64,000 nt of DNA from an uncultured Candidatus Rokubacteria bacterium (GTDB taxonomy: Bacteria > Methylomirabilota > Methylomirabilia > Rokubacteriales > CSP1-6): positions 64,001 to 128,000 of the forward strand of contig CAVWFS010000003.1 in assembly GCA_963754315.1 (NCBI GenBank), in the 5' to 3' direction. Positions 1 to 10,577 of the stretch are shown one piece after another (position 1 is the stretch's first letter; every line of letters begins with the position of its first letter). Made by a program: the position numbers and the translations under genes. The notes below the pieces were generated by a model, which was given only the letters and a program-made list of their open reading frames with translations, had not been told where the DNA came from and did no database searches.

Positions 1-1067
1 TTTCTGCCATCATGGGCCCGTGCGCGGGCGGCGCCGTGTACTCTCCCGCCATCACAGACTTCGTCCTCATGGTGAAGAATACCTCGTACATGTTCGTCAC
101 CGGTCCCGACGTGATCCGGGCCGTGACGCACGAGGCGGTCTCCGCCGAGGATCTGGGCGGGGCGACCGCGCACGGCACGACCTCCGGAGTGGCCCACTTC
201 GCCGCCGACAGCGAGGAGGAGTGCCTCGCGCTCATCCGCGAATTGCTCACCTTCCTGCCCCAGAACAACATGGAGGATCCGCCGCTCAAACCCACGCAAG
301 ACCCCCCCGACCGGCGCGATGAGGCCTTACAGACTATCGTGCCGGAGCAGCCGAACAAGCCCTACGACATGAAGGACATCATCGGGACCGTCCTCGATGA
401 CCACTACTTCTTCGAAGTGCAGGGGAGTTACGCCCCCAACCTGGTCATCGGCTTCGGCCGACTCGGAGGCCGGCCGGTGGGAATCGTGGCCAACCAGCCG
501 GCACACCTGGCGGGGTGCCTCGACATCAACGCCTCCATCAAGGGCGCGCGCTTCGTGCGCTTCTGTGATTGCTTCAACATTCCCCTGCTGACCTTCGAGG
601 ACGTGCCGGGGTTCCTTCCCGGTACGGCCCAGGAACACGGCGGAATCATCAAGCACGGGGCCAAGCTCCTGTACGCCTTCTGCGAGGCCACTGTGCCCAA
701 GCTGACCGTGATTACCCGCAAAGCCTACGGCGGCGCCTACTGCGTCATGTCCTCCAAGCACATTCGCGGTGACGCGAACTTCGCCTATCCGAGTGCCGAG
801 ATTGCGGTCATGGGCCCGGATGGAGCCGTGAATATCCTGTACCGTCGCGAGCTGGCGCCCGGGGGGGAGCTCGCGTCCCTCCGCGAGGAGAAGATCGGCG
901 AGTATCGCGAGAAATTTGCCAATCCCTTCGTGGCGGCCGAGCGAGGCTACATCGACGAGATCATCGAGCCTCGTGACACGCGCGCGCGCCTCACCGCGGT
1001 CCTCGCACTGCTGCGCACGAAGCGCGACAGCAACCCGTCCAAGAAGCACGGCAACATTCCGCTATGA
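1..1067 (+). CDS. pccB: Acyl-CoA (propionyl/methylmalonyl-CoA) carboxyltransferase beta subunit, 5' truncated by window edge
   Basis: Motifs [28 protein letters not shown] and C-terminal KKHGNIPL. Confidence 0.93.
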   Translation, partial: SAIMGPCAGGAVYSPAITDFVLMVKNTSYMFVTGPDVIRAVTHEAVSAEDLGGATAHGTTSGVAHFAADSEEECLALIRELLTFLPQNNMEDPPLKPTQDPPDRRDEALQTIVPEQPNKPYDMKDIIGTVLDDHYFFEVQGSYAPNLVIGFGRLGGRPVGIVANQPAHLAGCLDINASIKGARFVRFCDCFNIPLLTFEDVPGFLPGTAQEHGGIIKHGAKLLYAFCEATVPKLTVITRKAYGGAYCVMSSKHIRGDANFAYPSAEIAVMGPDGAVNILYRRELAPGGELASLREEKIGEYREKFANPFVAAERGYIDEIIEPRDTRARLTAVLALLRTKRDSNPSKKHGNIPL

Positions 1068-2644
1068 GCGGATCGGGCGGCGAACGTCAGCCGAAGTTCA
1101 CCACGTCGTGGGGGAGCGCGATCCCCAGCACGTACGAGCCGCTGCCGGGGGCCCCCGCCAGCGCGCCCGGCGAGTTCCCCTACACGCGCGGCATCCACCC
1201 GGGCATGTATCGCTCACGGCCGTGGACCATGCGTCAGTATGCGGGATTCGGCTCGGCGGCCGAGACCAACAAGCGATATCGATTCCTGCTCGACCAGGGC
1301 CAAACAGGGCTCTCGGTGGCCTTCGACCTCCCCACGCAGATGGGCTACGATCCCGACGCGCCGGCTGCCTACGGAGAGGTCGGCAAGGTCGGGGTCTCCA
1401 TCGCGTCGCTGGAGGACATGGAGGATCTCTTCCAGGGGATTCCCCTTGATCGCGTTTCCACGTCGATGACCATCAATGCCACGGCCTCGATCCTCCTCGG
1501 CCTCTACGTGGTGGTGGCCAGACGTCAGGGGGTGCCGCCGACCGCGCTGACCGGGACGGTCCAGAACGACATCCTGAAGGAGTACATCGCTCGAGGAACC
1601 TACGTGTTTCCTCCCGGCCCCTCGATGCGGATCATCACGGACATGTTCGCCTACTGCCGGGCGGAGGTCCCGCGCTGGAATACTATCTCCATCTCCGGGT
1701 ATCACATGCGGGAAGCCGGGTGCACGGCGGTGCAGGAAGTGGCATTCACCTTGGCCAACGCGATCGCCTATGTCGAGGCCGCCCGCGCCGCTGGACTCGC
1801 GGTCGATGAGTTCGCGCCTCAACTGTCCTTCTTCTTCAACGCGCACAATAACCTGCTCGAGGAGGTCGCGAAATTCCGAGCGGCCCGCACCCTGTGGGCG
1901 CGTCTCATGCGCGATCGCTTCGGGGCCCGCGACTCGCGCTCGCTCATGCTGCGCTTCCATGCCCAGACGGCGGGGAGCATGCTCACGGCCCAGCAGCCCG
2001 AGAACAACATCGTCAGGGTTGCCGTGCAGGCTCTGGCCGCCGTGCTCGGCGGCTGCCAGTCGCTCCACACAAACTCCATGGACGAGGCCCTCTCACTTCC
2101 CAGCGAGAAGGCCGTCCGCGTCGCGCTCCGGACCCAGCAGATTCTCGCGCACGAGTCGGGGGTGACGGCCACCGTCGATCCGCTCGGCGGGGCATTCGCG
2201 GTGGAGCGCCTCACGCGAGAGATCGAGGAGGAAGCGTCGACGTACATCGCTCGCATCGACGATCTCGGGGGGGCGGTGGCGGCCATCGCGTTCATGCAGG
2301 GCGAGATCCAGGAAGCCGCCTACCGCCACCAGCGTGAGATCGAGGAGCGGGCGAGGATCGTGGTGGGGGTCAATGAGTTCGTGACCGACGAGCCTCCCCC
2401 CGCGCAACTGTTCCAGATCGATCCGGCCCTCGGGCAGGCGTTGGCCGGACGCGTTCGGCGCTTGAGGGCAGGGCACCGTGATGGCGCGGAGCGCGCGCTC
2501 GATGCTCTCGCTCGTGCCGCCCGCGGGCGCGACAACCTCATGCTCCCCATCGTCGATGCCATCGAGGCCTCGGTCACCTTGGGCGAGATCTGCGATCGCC
2601 TGCGTGGGGTCTTCGGGACGTACCAGCCCACGGTCACCCTATGA
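1064..2644 (+). CDS. Methylmalonyl-CoA mutase, large (substrate-binding) subunit; no B12-binding domain
   Basis: [51 protein letters not shown]; Tyr and Arg specificity residues fit methylmalonyl-CoA. Confidence 0.92.
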   Translation: MSGSGGERQPKFTTSWGSAIPSTYEPLPGAPASAPGEFPYTRGIHPGMYRSRPWTMRQYAGFGSAAETNKRYRFLLDQGQTGLSVAFDLPTQMGYDPDAPAAYGEVGKVGVSIASLEDMEDLFQGIPLDRVSTSMTINATASILLGLYVVVARRQGVPPTALTGTVQNDILKEYIARGTYVFPPGPSMRIITDMFAYCRAEVPRWNTISISGYHMREAGCTAVQEVAFTLANAIAYVEAARAAGLAVDEFAPQLSFFFNAHNNLLEEVAKFRAARTLWARLMRDRFGARDSRSLMLRFHAQTAGSMLTAQQPENNIVRVAVQALAAVLGGCQSLHTNSMDEALSLPSEKAVRVALRTQQILAHESGVTATVDPLGGAFAVERLTREIEEEASTYIARIDDLGGAVAAIAFMQGEIQEAAYRHQREIEERARIVVGVNEFVTDEPPPAQLFQIDPALGQALAGRVRRLRAGHRDGAERALDALARAARGRDNLMLPIVDAIEASVTLGEICDRLRGVFGTYQPTVTL

Positions 2645-3435
2645 GACGGGTCCTCGCGGTCGCGCTGCTCGTCGCTCTGTCCGCGTCCGCCGCCGAGGCG
2701 GGCCTGGCCGATCGGATCGGCGCGACATTCTCGTTCATGTCCGAGGAGTTCGTGAAGGCCTTCGACCCTCAGGAGGGCCTGGTGGTCGCCGTGGAGGGCG
2801 ACACCTTGTTCCTCGATCTTGGCGAGCAGTCCGGCGTCCAGGTTGGCCGGGAGTTCGTGGTGTTCCGCAAGGGGGAGCCTTTCCGGCACCCGATTACAGG
2901 GAAAGTGATCGGACGGTACGAAAACGTCCTCGGTCACGCCCAGGTCCGCAGCGTCTCCGCGGAGTTTTCCGAGGCGCTATTCATGCCCGGTCGTGATCAG
3001 CCGGGTCCACGGCCTGAGGACGGGGTGCGGATCAGCCGGGGTAGGATCAAGGTGGCCATCACACCGTTACTCGACCTTACCGGCGGCACGGCCGATGTCC
3101 GGCGAGTGCCCTACCTCTTCGCCAGCGTGCTCGACCGCACCAAGCGGTTCCAGGTTGTGGACCCCTTTGCCGTGACCGACATGTTCGCGAGCGGGGGCGC
3201 GCGCGTCGAGGAGGTCCTGGCGCGGCCCGCCCGAGCGATGAATATGGCCAAGAACCTGGATGTCGCGGGCTGGCTGGTGCCTATCCTGATCGAGCGGCGA
3301 GGGACCGTGCTCCTCGATGTGACCTACATCTCGGCCGTCACCGGCACGGCCCTCTTCTCTCGACGGCAGGCCCTCATCACGGAGAGTGTGGGGGAGGAGC
3401 AGCGCTTTCCGTGGGAGCCATTAATCGAGGATTGA
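2641..3435 (+). CDS. Secreted hypothetical protein with FlgT-C-like HPxTG beta domain
   Basis: Signal peptide; FRHPITG motif; ATGA overlap with the mutase gene. Confidence 0.7.
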   Translation: MRRVLAVALLVALSASAAEAGLADRIGATFSFMSEEFVKAFDPQEGLVVAVEGDTLFLDLGEQSGVQVGREFVVFRKGEPFRHPITGKVIGRYENVLGHAQVRSVSAEFSEALFMPGRDQPGPRPEDGVRISRGRIKVAITPLLDLTGGTADVRRVPYLFASVLDRTKRFQVVDPFAVTDMFASGGARVEEVLARPARAMNMAKNLDVAGWLVPILIERRGTVLLDVTYISAVTGTALFSRRQALITESVGEEQRFPWEPLIED

Positions 3436-3473
3436 GGGGGCTCGCATGCGGGGTGTGGTATGGTAGGCCGCGC

Positions 3474-4196
3474 ATGACGATGCAGCGGTCGGTCCTGCTG
3501 CTCCTCACCGTTCTTGCCCTGATCGGATGCGACAGCATGCGGAAGGTCATGGGTCTGTCCCAGGTGGGAGAGCCTTCCGAGCTCAAGTCAGCCGAGGCGC
3601 GCTGGCTGCTCATCAAGAACCCGCGCTACGGTGACGTGGCGAGCGAGCCGGAGTACATCTGGGTCGAGGAGGACAAGGTCCCGCTGACGTTCAAGACCCT
3701 GATCAACAAGAGCTCCGCGTACGCGCCCCCGGAGATCGTGGCCAAGTACGGTCCTCCTCCGGGCGGGGGCAAGATCAGCTCTCGCCAAGGCGTACCGTAC
3801 CAGCCGGCAGCCTCACCCCGTCCGCCGGCCGCCGGCGCCGTGACGACGCCGACCCCGGGGCGACCCTCGGCGGCCGCGTCGGGCGCAGTGCCGCCTGCGC
3901 CGCCGGGCCCCGCCCAGGAGATGCCCAAGCGCGGCTACGTCGTCCACGTCGAGACCTCACGCATCGCCGTCGATCTCACGTCCGCCGATGGCCTGCGGCC
4001 CGGAACAGTCGTCAGCGTACGTCGCGACAAGATGCCCATCATGCATCCCGTGACTGGCGAGAAGCTGGGTGAGCTGGACGAGGAGGTGGCCACGGCCAAG
4101 ATCGTGGAGGTACGCGACAAGTTTTCCGTCGGGGAGATCCAAAGCGTTCAGCCCGGATCACAGATCGAGGTCCGGGACCGCGTCGTTCCCAAGTAG
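3474..4196 (+). CDS. Lipoprotein with Pro-rich linker and C-terminal FlgT-C-like domain
   Basis: Lipobox LIGC; MHPVTGEKLG motif; ATG at 3474 within ORF 3411..4196. Confidence 0.7.
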   Translation: MTMQRSVLLLLTVLALIGCDSMRKVMGLSQVGEPSELKSAEARWLLIKNPRYGDVASEPEYIWVEEDKVPLTFKTLINKSSAYAPPEIVAKYGPPPGGGKISSRQGVPYQPAASPRPPAAGAVTTPTPGRPSAAASGAVPPAPPGPAQEMPKRGYVVHVETSRIAVDLTSADGLRPGTVVSVRRDKMPIMHPVTGEKLGELDEEVATAKIVEVRDKFSVGEIQSVQPGSQIEVRDRVVPK

Positions 4197-4206
4197 CGTC
4201 GGCCGC

Positions 4207-5205
4207 GTGGCCACTCCCACCCTCGAACAGATTCTGAAGGAGCGTGTGGCCGGACTCGTTGGCGACGACTTACGCCTCGTCGAGGAGGAGATCCGGCGCG
4301 AACTGGATTCGCCGGTGACCTTGATCCAGGACATGGGCGAGTACATCGCCGGGGCGGGAGGCAAGCGCTTGCGGCCAATGCTTCTCCTGCTCGCCGCTCG
4401 CCTGGCGGGCGCCCACGGCTCCCGCTGCGTGCGCCTGGCCTGCGTGGTCGAACTGCTGCACACCGCCACCCTCATCCACGATGACGTCGTCGATCAAGCC
4501 CCTCTGCGCCGCGGTCGCCCCTCGGCCAACGCCCAGTGGGGGGACGACGCCTCCGTGCTGGTAGGCGACCACCTCTATTCGAAATCGTTCGCCATGCTGG
4601 TGCGGGACAACGATCGCGCGGTGATGGAGACCTTGGCGCGGGCGACGGTATCCATGACGGAGGCCGAGGTCTTTCAGCTCGAGCGCAAGCGTAGCGGCCT
4701 GCTCACCGAGGCGGACTACATCCGTATCATCAGCCAGAAGACGGCCTCGTTCATCTCCGCCTGCTGCCGGATCGGCGGTCTGCTGGGGGATATCGGCCCT
4801 GAGCAGGTGGAGGCGCTCACGCGATACGGGCTCGACGTGGGTGTGGCCTTTCAGATCTCCGACGACTCCCTTGACTTTGTCGCTGACCAGAGTCGACTGG
4901 GCAAGGCGGTGGGGGCGGATCTGCGCGAGGGAAAGCGCACGCTGCCGCTCATCGCCATGCTCAAGCGAGCCTCCCCCGCCGAGGACGAGCGGGTGCGTCT
5001 CCTCCTGCGCCGGGCGACCTTGAGCCCGGCCGAAGTCGAGGAGATCCGGCAGCTCGTGGTCGAGCACGCCGGGGTGGAATACGCGATGGAGTGGGCCCAC
5101 GAATACGCCTCGGCCGCCAAGCGTGATCTCGAGGCGTTTCCACCCTCCGAGGAGCGGGAAACGCTCGCTCTCATCGCCGACTTCGTCGTCGACCGCGACC
5201 GCTGA
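4207..5205 (+). CDS. Long-chain polyprenyl diphosphate synthase (IspB/HepT family)
   Basis: GGKRLRP, LIHDDVVD (FARM), FQISDDSLD (SARM); GTG start inferred. Confidence 0.92.
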   Translation: MATPTLEQILKERVAGLVGDDLRLVEEEIRRELDSPVTLIQDMGEYIAGAGGKRLRPMLLLLAARLAGAHGSRCVRLACVVELLHTATLIHDDVVDQAPLRRGRPSANAQWGDDASVLVGDHLYSKSFAMLVRDNDRAVMETLARATVSMTEAEVFQLERKRSGLLTEADYIRIISQKTASFISACCRIGGLLGDIGPEQVEALTRYGLDVGVAFQISDDSLDFVADQSRLGKAVGADLREGKRTLPLIAMLKRASPAEDERVRLLLRRATLSPAEVEEIRQLVVEHAGVEYAMEWAHEYASAAKRDLEAFPPSEERETLALIADFVVDRDR

Positions 5206-5225
5206 CCAGCGGCCGGTATCCCGGC

Positions 5226-6008
5226 GTGCGGGCCATCATCACCCTCACCACCGATTTCGGGTTGAGGGATTCCTACGTGGCCCAGATGAAGGCGGTCATC
5301 CTCGGGATCATCGGCGACGTCCACATCGTCGACATCTCTCACGAGGTCGAACCGCACGACATCACGGCGGGGGCGCTGACCCTCGAAGAGGCGGTTGGCG
5401 CCTTTCCTCCCGGCACGGTCCACGTGGGCGTCGTTGATCCCGGCGTCGGAACCCGGCGCCGCGGCCTGGCGGTGGCCGTCCCCGGGTTCTTGCTGGTGGG
5501 GCCCGACAACGGGCTCTTCACGCCCTTTCTCGGGGGCGATCGTTGGGAGGCGTTCGAAATTTCTGCCGCGGAGTTCCGGCGACCCGTCGTCAGCCGGACC
5601 TTCCACGGCCGAGACATCTTTGCGCCCGCCGCCGCCCACCTCGCCACCGGGCTCCCGCCCCATCGCCTCGGTCCAGCCGTCCACGACCCCGTGCGCTTGA
5701 GCTGGCCCGCTGTTCACGCCGTGGGCGGCGACGTGGCCGGTGTCGTCATCCACGTCGATCGCTTCGGCAATCTCGTGACGTCGATCCCCGCTGAGAGGGC
5801 GGCTCTTCTGGGATCGGGAGTCGTGGTCCGCGTGGGGGATCGTGTTCTGCCGCTGGTGACCACATACGCCGATCTCGAGCACGGGAAACCCGGGGCTTTG
5901 ATCGGTTCGACCAACCGCCTCGAGGTCGCTGTCCGCGAGGGAAGCGCCCAAGCCTATCTCAACGCCACCCGTGGCACTCCCGTCGTCCTGACGAGGCCTT
6001 GCGGCTAA
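5226..6008 (+). CDS. SAM hydroxide adenosyltransferase (DUF62, chlorinase/fluorinase family)
   Basis: LTTDFG, VVDPGVGT, GPDNG, TFHGRDIFAP, DRFGN motifs. Confidence 0.92.
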   Translation: MRAIITLTTDFGLRDSYVAQMKAVILGIIGDVHIVDISHEVEPHDITAGALTLEEAVGAFPPGTVHVGVVDPGVGTRRRGLAVAVPGFLLVGPDNGLFTPFLGGDRWEAFEISAAEFRRPVVSRTFHGRDIFAPAAAHLATGLPPHRLGPAVHDPVRLSWPAVHAVGGDVAGVVIHVDRFGNLVTSIPAERAALLGSGVVVRVGDRVLPLVTTYADLEHGKPGALIGSTNRLEVAVREGSAQAYLNATRGTPVVLTRPCG

Positions 6009-6015
6009 GGAATTG

Positions 6016-6387
6016 TCAGTCCTTCGACGAGGTGGCAGCCTCGGTGCTCGAGCTCGGCGTTGCGGTACTAGACTTTTCAGCCGAGGCCTTGTCCGTCGAG
6101 GCCTTGTCCGTCGAGGCCTTGTCCGTCGATGACTTGTCGCCCGACGTGGTCTCCGTGGCTGGCTTCTTGTCGCCACCCTTTTCGGACTCACGGGCCTTTT
6201 TCCTGGCCTCCGACGGATAGTCAGTCACGTACCAGCCCTCGCCTTTCAAGATGAAGGGGGCTGCGCTGAGGAGCCGTCGCACGGCCCCCCCGCACTTCTC
6301 GCAGGTCGTCAGGGGGGCGGCCGAGATTCGCTGCTTCTCCTCGAACACCCGGCCGCACTTCAGGCATTCGTACTCGTATGTTGGCAC
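6016..6387 (-). CDS. FmdB-family zinc-ribbon protein with low-complexity tail
   Basis: MPTYEYECxxC...CxxC...GWYVTDY. Confidence 0.9.
   Translation of the reverse strand: MPTYEYECLKCGRVFEEKQRISAAPLTTCEKCGGAVRRLLSAAPFILKGEGWYVTDYPSEARKKARESEKGGDKKPATETTSGDKSSTDKASTDKASTDKASAEKSSTATPSSSTEAATSSKD
6082..6129. repeat. 15-bp tandem repeat x3 encoding (STDKA)n in the FmdB tail
   Basis: CGAGGCCTTGTCCGT repeated three times. Confidence 0.9.
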
Positions 6388-6395
6388 GAATCTGA

Positions 6396-6425
6396 ACGAT
6401 ACATGGGCCTATCGCATAGTGTCAA
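6396..6425 (-). promoter_or_regulatory. Sigma70-like promoter for the FmdB gene
   Basis: TTGACA-N18-TATCGT on the minus strand, 8 nt before the GTG start. Confidence 0.6.
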
Positions 6426-6813
6426 GGCGCGCCGGGAACGGTACCCGTCACGGTGGTCGCCCACGAGTCGGCCCGTGCCGGGTTGTCGCACCGGCGTTGT
6501 CCCTGCCCACGGGGCGCACCTCGGTAACCCCGGCCCGTCCCTAGACTCTCGGAACCTCCCAGGTAGGACCTCCTCCAGGAGGGCCTCGGCCTTCGCAATC
6601 GGTCGCCCTTTGACCACGCCGCGGCAGAGCAATTTCGAAGGCTTGGGGAGGGGAGCTAACCATAGCCCCGGTCTGCAGTTTTTTGTTGACCAGGATTCCG
6701 ATGGTGCGGTAGAAGAGTGGCACCTGCCCAAGGCGGGTGCAGCTGTTGTTGTGCGTGTCGGTGCGAATTGGTTCTTGTTTTCACTTAGTTAACCTCACAT
6801 GAGGAGGCTGTAA

Positions 6814-8545
6814 ATGAGGAAGGTCGCGGCAGTCCTCTTCTTCATCGCTGCCCTCGGAATGCTGGCCCCGCCGGCCTTCGCCCAGGCCCCGGCGCCGGCT
6901 CCGGCTCCGAAGGTGACGATCAACGGCTTGGTCGACTTCGTCGCCACGTACTACTACAACTGGTCGGGAGGTACCGGGGCGGACGGTACCGGTGGTCTCA
7001 ACTCCTCGGACGTTACCAACGCCCGGGACAAGGGCTGGTACACCCGCGAGCGAGGCGTGTTCACCATCACCGGTGAGGTCGGGCGTAGCCGGGGTGTGTG
7101 GGCCGTCGAGCTCGACTTCACCAACGGCGCTGGCCTGACATCGGCAACTCCGGCAGCGCGTTCAACGGTGGTATACAGGGGCCTTCGATGAGTCGGGACC
7201 TCGGCCAACTTCGACGAGGACATCGACGTCGCCTCGGTCGTGGAGACCAAGTGGCTCTACATCGAGACGCCGGCCACAGGCGCCGGGTCGTTCCTCCCGT
7301 GGATTCCCTTCGACAGCATCATCCGGGTCGGTGGCCAGCCGGCGCGCGGCATCGACTACAAGAACGGCATGCTGCTGAGCGGTGACATCCCGGGCGCCAC
7401 GCTCCAGACCAACTGGACACCTGACATCCGCAGCACGGTGGCCTTCGTCGCAGCTGGCGGCGAAGCTCGATCCGATCACCGCTCCCGGCGCCAACCAGAA
7501 CTGGGCCGACGGCGGCCGCCCTCGAGATGGACGTCTTCAAGAACTTCACGATCAAGCCCACGTATGCCTACGCGTGGATGCACGGTGGAAGCTGTAATGC
7601 CAGCGCGAGACAGCGACGGGCGCGGCTCTCGGTAATCCCACCGCGGGCGGTGTCCAGCTAAACTCCTGCGGGCACACCGGTCCTCCGTTTTCGCCGCTGA
7701 CGACCCAGCAGAATACCGTCGGCGGCGACATACGGTGGGTCCTGGGCGGCTTCTCGCTCCAGCCGACCTTTCTCTATCAGTTCGGCACGTTCGAGACGTT
7801 CGTTATGGGTCCTGGGCAGTTCATCAACCCCGTGACCGGCCTGCCGAATAGCTTCGCCGGCGGATTCGGGAAGCGGACCGAGGACGTCAGCGCCTTTATC
7901 TTCGATACGATCGCCGGCTACCGGATCGGCCCCCTCAACATCCAGGCCCGCGCCATGTTCACCTCTGGTCAGAATGCCCAGTCGAACATCCAGAACGGCG
8001 CCAACCGCCGGTACTACCGGGCGATCAACTCCGCGTTCGGGTACATGGCCGGCTGGACCGACATCCAGACGGGCGGCGTCGACTACATCACGGCCGCCAT
8101 GGTCGGTATCCCGGGCCTAGTGCTGCGGGAGTCGCCCAGCTACGACAAGTACGGGCGGATCTTCTTCGGCTTGGCGTCCGACTACGCCCTCACGCCGGCC
8201 CTGACGTTCACCGGCCTGGGCAACGCGAGCTTTACGCCGTACAAGGTCAACACGCGGAGCATCCTGACCGTGAACGGTCTGGCACAGTGCCCCGCCACCT
8301 TCACGGCCGGCTTCGGAAACTGCACCAGCGACGGGCGTGGCACCGAGCAGTTCCTCGGCGTCGAAGCCGCGCTCGGCATGACGTACCGCTTCGCGCCGAA
8401 CATCGCTCTCGACGTCATCGGGTCCTACATGTGGACCGGCCCGGCGCTCGACAACGCCGGCGTGGCCGGCGGCGTCATCGGGCCAGACCCGCGCGACGCC
8501 AAGGACATCGCCAAGTTCACCACCCGGCTGCGTTTCACGTTCTAA
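6814..8545 (+). CDS. Outer-membrane beta-barrel/porin-like protein, broken by several frameshifts (probable sequence errors, or pseudogene)
   Basis: SD GAGGAGG, signal peptide, KVTINGLVDF start, amphipathic beta strands, terminal RFTF; coding signal hops between frames from ~7140 to ~7800. Confidence 0.7.
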
Positions 8546-8565
8546 GCTCGGTCGGGCAGTTGGTG

Positions 8566-8609
8566 CACGGCGAGGGCATGGGAGAACCCCATGCCCCCGT
8601 TGCTTTTTT
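8566..8609 (+). terminator. Intrinsic terminator after the porin-like gene
   Basis: GGGCATGGG-AGAAC-CCCATGCCC stem followed by a T6 run. Confidence 0.7.
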
Positions 8610-8621
8610 GGTATAGTCCGA

Positions 8622-10499
8622 GTGATGAGAAAGCGGCTGTCGACCGTGACCGTGCTGGTCGCACTCGCGTGGGCCATCTCCGCCGGAGCGCAGTCGGGTA
8701 ACAAACCGGCGCCGCCCCCACCACCGTCGGAGACTCCGCTCTCCTTCAAGGTCCTCGTTGACCAGGTCGCCTCTCACTTTCCGGTCATCAAGACGGACGT
8801 CGTCGAGGTGACGGACGGTCGGGTGGTCCTGGCCGCGGGCCGCGCCGAGGCCATGCAGCCCGGCGTCGAGCTCGCCACATTCCGGGAAGGGCGGGAGCTG
8901 TATCACCCGACCACCAAGAAGCTTCTCGGCAAGACCGAGGAGCCCCTCGGACGGATCGTGGTCACGGAGGTCTTCGAGAACTACTCGGTGGCCACCCAGG
9001 CGGGCGGCAAGCCGCCCAAGGCCGGCGACCAGGCACGCGTATCGGCGGGGAAGATACTGCTCACCGTGGTCCCGCTATCCTCGGGCGTCTCCACCCGGGT
9101 GGTCGATGCGGCCACCCAGGAGATGACGCAGGAGCTGGATCGCACGGGGCGTTTCCGCATCGTGGTCGGCGACCAGGTTGCCGCCTACGTCAGCCAGGAG
9201 AAGATCGCCCCGGCCGACTTCTTGGATGGACGCGGGGTTCGCGCCGCTCAGGAGCGCTTCAAAGTCGCCCACATGTTGACCTTGCACTTCAGCACCGTCC
9301 AGGCCAAGCCCTGGATGGACGCGCGGCTGTTTTCCGGGGCGGCCGACACCGCGCTCATGCAGACCGCTCTTTCCGTTCCCACCTCGGTGGCCCGGCGCCC
9401 GACCCGCGATTACTCCTCGGGCGGGGCGGCGGGCGAGGTGAAGGTCGAGAAGCGGTCCTTGCTGGCCAAGCTCCTGTCCGGCGACTTCGATCCCCACCAG
9501 TACTCGGCGTCTGCGTCCTCGATCCCCATCAAGCATCTGGCCACCTATCCGTACACGGTGACGTCCATGGATGTGGTGACCGCCCCCAAAGACAAGGTTA
9601 CGCGCGTCGTGGTCACCGATGGGCGGCGGGTCTTCCTGTACAAGCTTGAGAACCAGACCCTGACCGGAGAGTGGACCTACGATCGGATGATGGTGGGGTC
9701 CATCCTCAACGTTCAGCTCGCTGACCTGAACGGGGACGGAGTCCTGGAGGTCATCGTCAACCGCCAGGATGTCAGGAACGGCATGCTCTCGTACATCCTG
9801 ACGACGCGGAACGACAAGCCGGTCGTCCTGGCCGAGGACATCTCCTACATCCTGCTCGCCGTCGACGAGAAGGGGGAGGGAGTGCCCCGCACCCTGTGGG
9901 GTCAGCGCTACAGCGACGAGAAGCTCTTCGGCAAGGGGGGCGCCAAGCGCTACGAGCTCAGGGAGAAGAACAAGGACATCCACCCGGTCGCTCCCGCCGT
10001 GGTGAACGAACAATTCCGGGCCTTGGGCGTGACCTTCTCCAACATCGCCGGCAAGGACCATCGCGTCATGGCCTTCGTGGACGAGCGCAGCCGGCTCGTC
10101 ATCGCCCAGGGGTCCGTGCAGATGTGGCGTTCGCTCACACCGGTGGGAGGTGGGCTGGCCAAGGCCCATATGCGGCAGGTCGTGTTCAACACGCACGTCG
10201 ACTCCTTCATCAACGTCGAGCCGCACCCCCTGTCGGTGGATCTGGACGGCGACGGGCACGAGGAGCTCGTGATTCCCATCAACCAGGATGAGGCCGGACG
10301 CATGGCCGTGGTGTTCAAGGGGCCGGCGGGCTTCCGGATGCAGGTGGTCAGCTCCGGCTTCGAGGGTCTCATCACGGGTTTGGGTGCCATCGCCAACGAG
10401 GGTGGGAGCCCGGCTCTGGTCGCGGCCGTGGTCAAGCGCTCGGGGCTCGTGTTCAAGGACTCGGGCGATACCCAGATCATCATGACAACCCCCGACTGA
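8622..10499 (+). CDS. Secreted FG-GAP/VCBS-repeat protein with N-terminal FlgT-C-like domain
   Basis: Signal peptide; LYHPTT motif; DLNGDG and DLDGDG repeats. Confidence 0.75.
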   Translation: MMRKRLSTVTVLVALAWAISAGAQSGNKPAPPPPPSETPLSFKVLVDQVASHFPVIKTDVVEVTDGRVVLAAGRAEAMQPGVELATFREGRELYHPTTKKLLGKTEEPLGRIVVTEVFENYSVATQAGGKPPKAGDQARVSAGKILLTVVPLSSGVSTRVVDAATQEMTQELDRTGRFRIVVGDQVAAYVSQEKIAPADFLDGRGVRAAQERFKVAHMLTLHFSTVQAKPWMDARLFSGAADTALMQTALSVPTSVARRPTRDYSSGGAAGEVKVEKRSLLAKLLSGDFDPHQYSASASSIPIKHLATYPYTVTSMDVVTAPKDKVTRVVVTDGRRVFLYKLENQTLTGEWTYDRMMVGSILNVQLADLNGDGVLEVIVNRQDVRNGMLSYILTTRNDKPVVLAEDISYILLAVDEKGEGVPRTLWGQRYSDEKLFGKGGAKRYELREKNKDIHPVAPAVVNEQFRALGVTFSNIAGKDHRVMAFVDERSRLVIAQGSVQMWRSLTPVGGGLAKAHMRQVVFNTHVDSFINVEPHPLSVDLDGDGHEELVIPINQDEAGRMAVVFKGPAGFRMQVVSSGFEGLITGLGAIANEGGSPALVAAVVKRSGLVFKDSGDTQIIMTTPD

Positions 10500-10577
10500 C
10501 CACCGTCTGGATGACCACTCTCTGAGTGACCGCCTCCGAGTGACGCTGCGACCGTTCTTGCTGGTTCGAGTGTCTCC

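Noticed and set aside
6430..6800. Riboswitch or small gene upstream of the porin-like gene
   Set aside because: Only a possible promoter and one hairpin (GCACCTGCC/GGCGGGTGC) were seen; no recognisable aptamer, and the ORFs lack support
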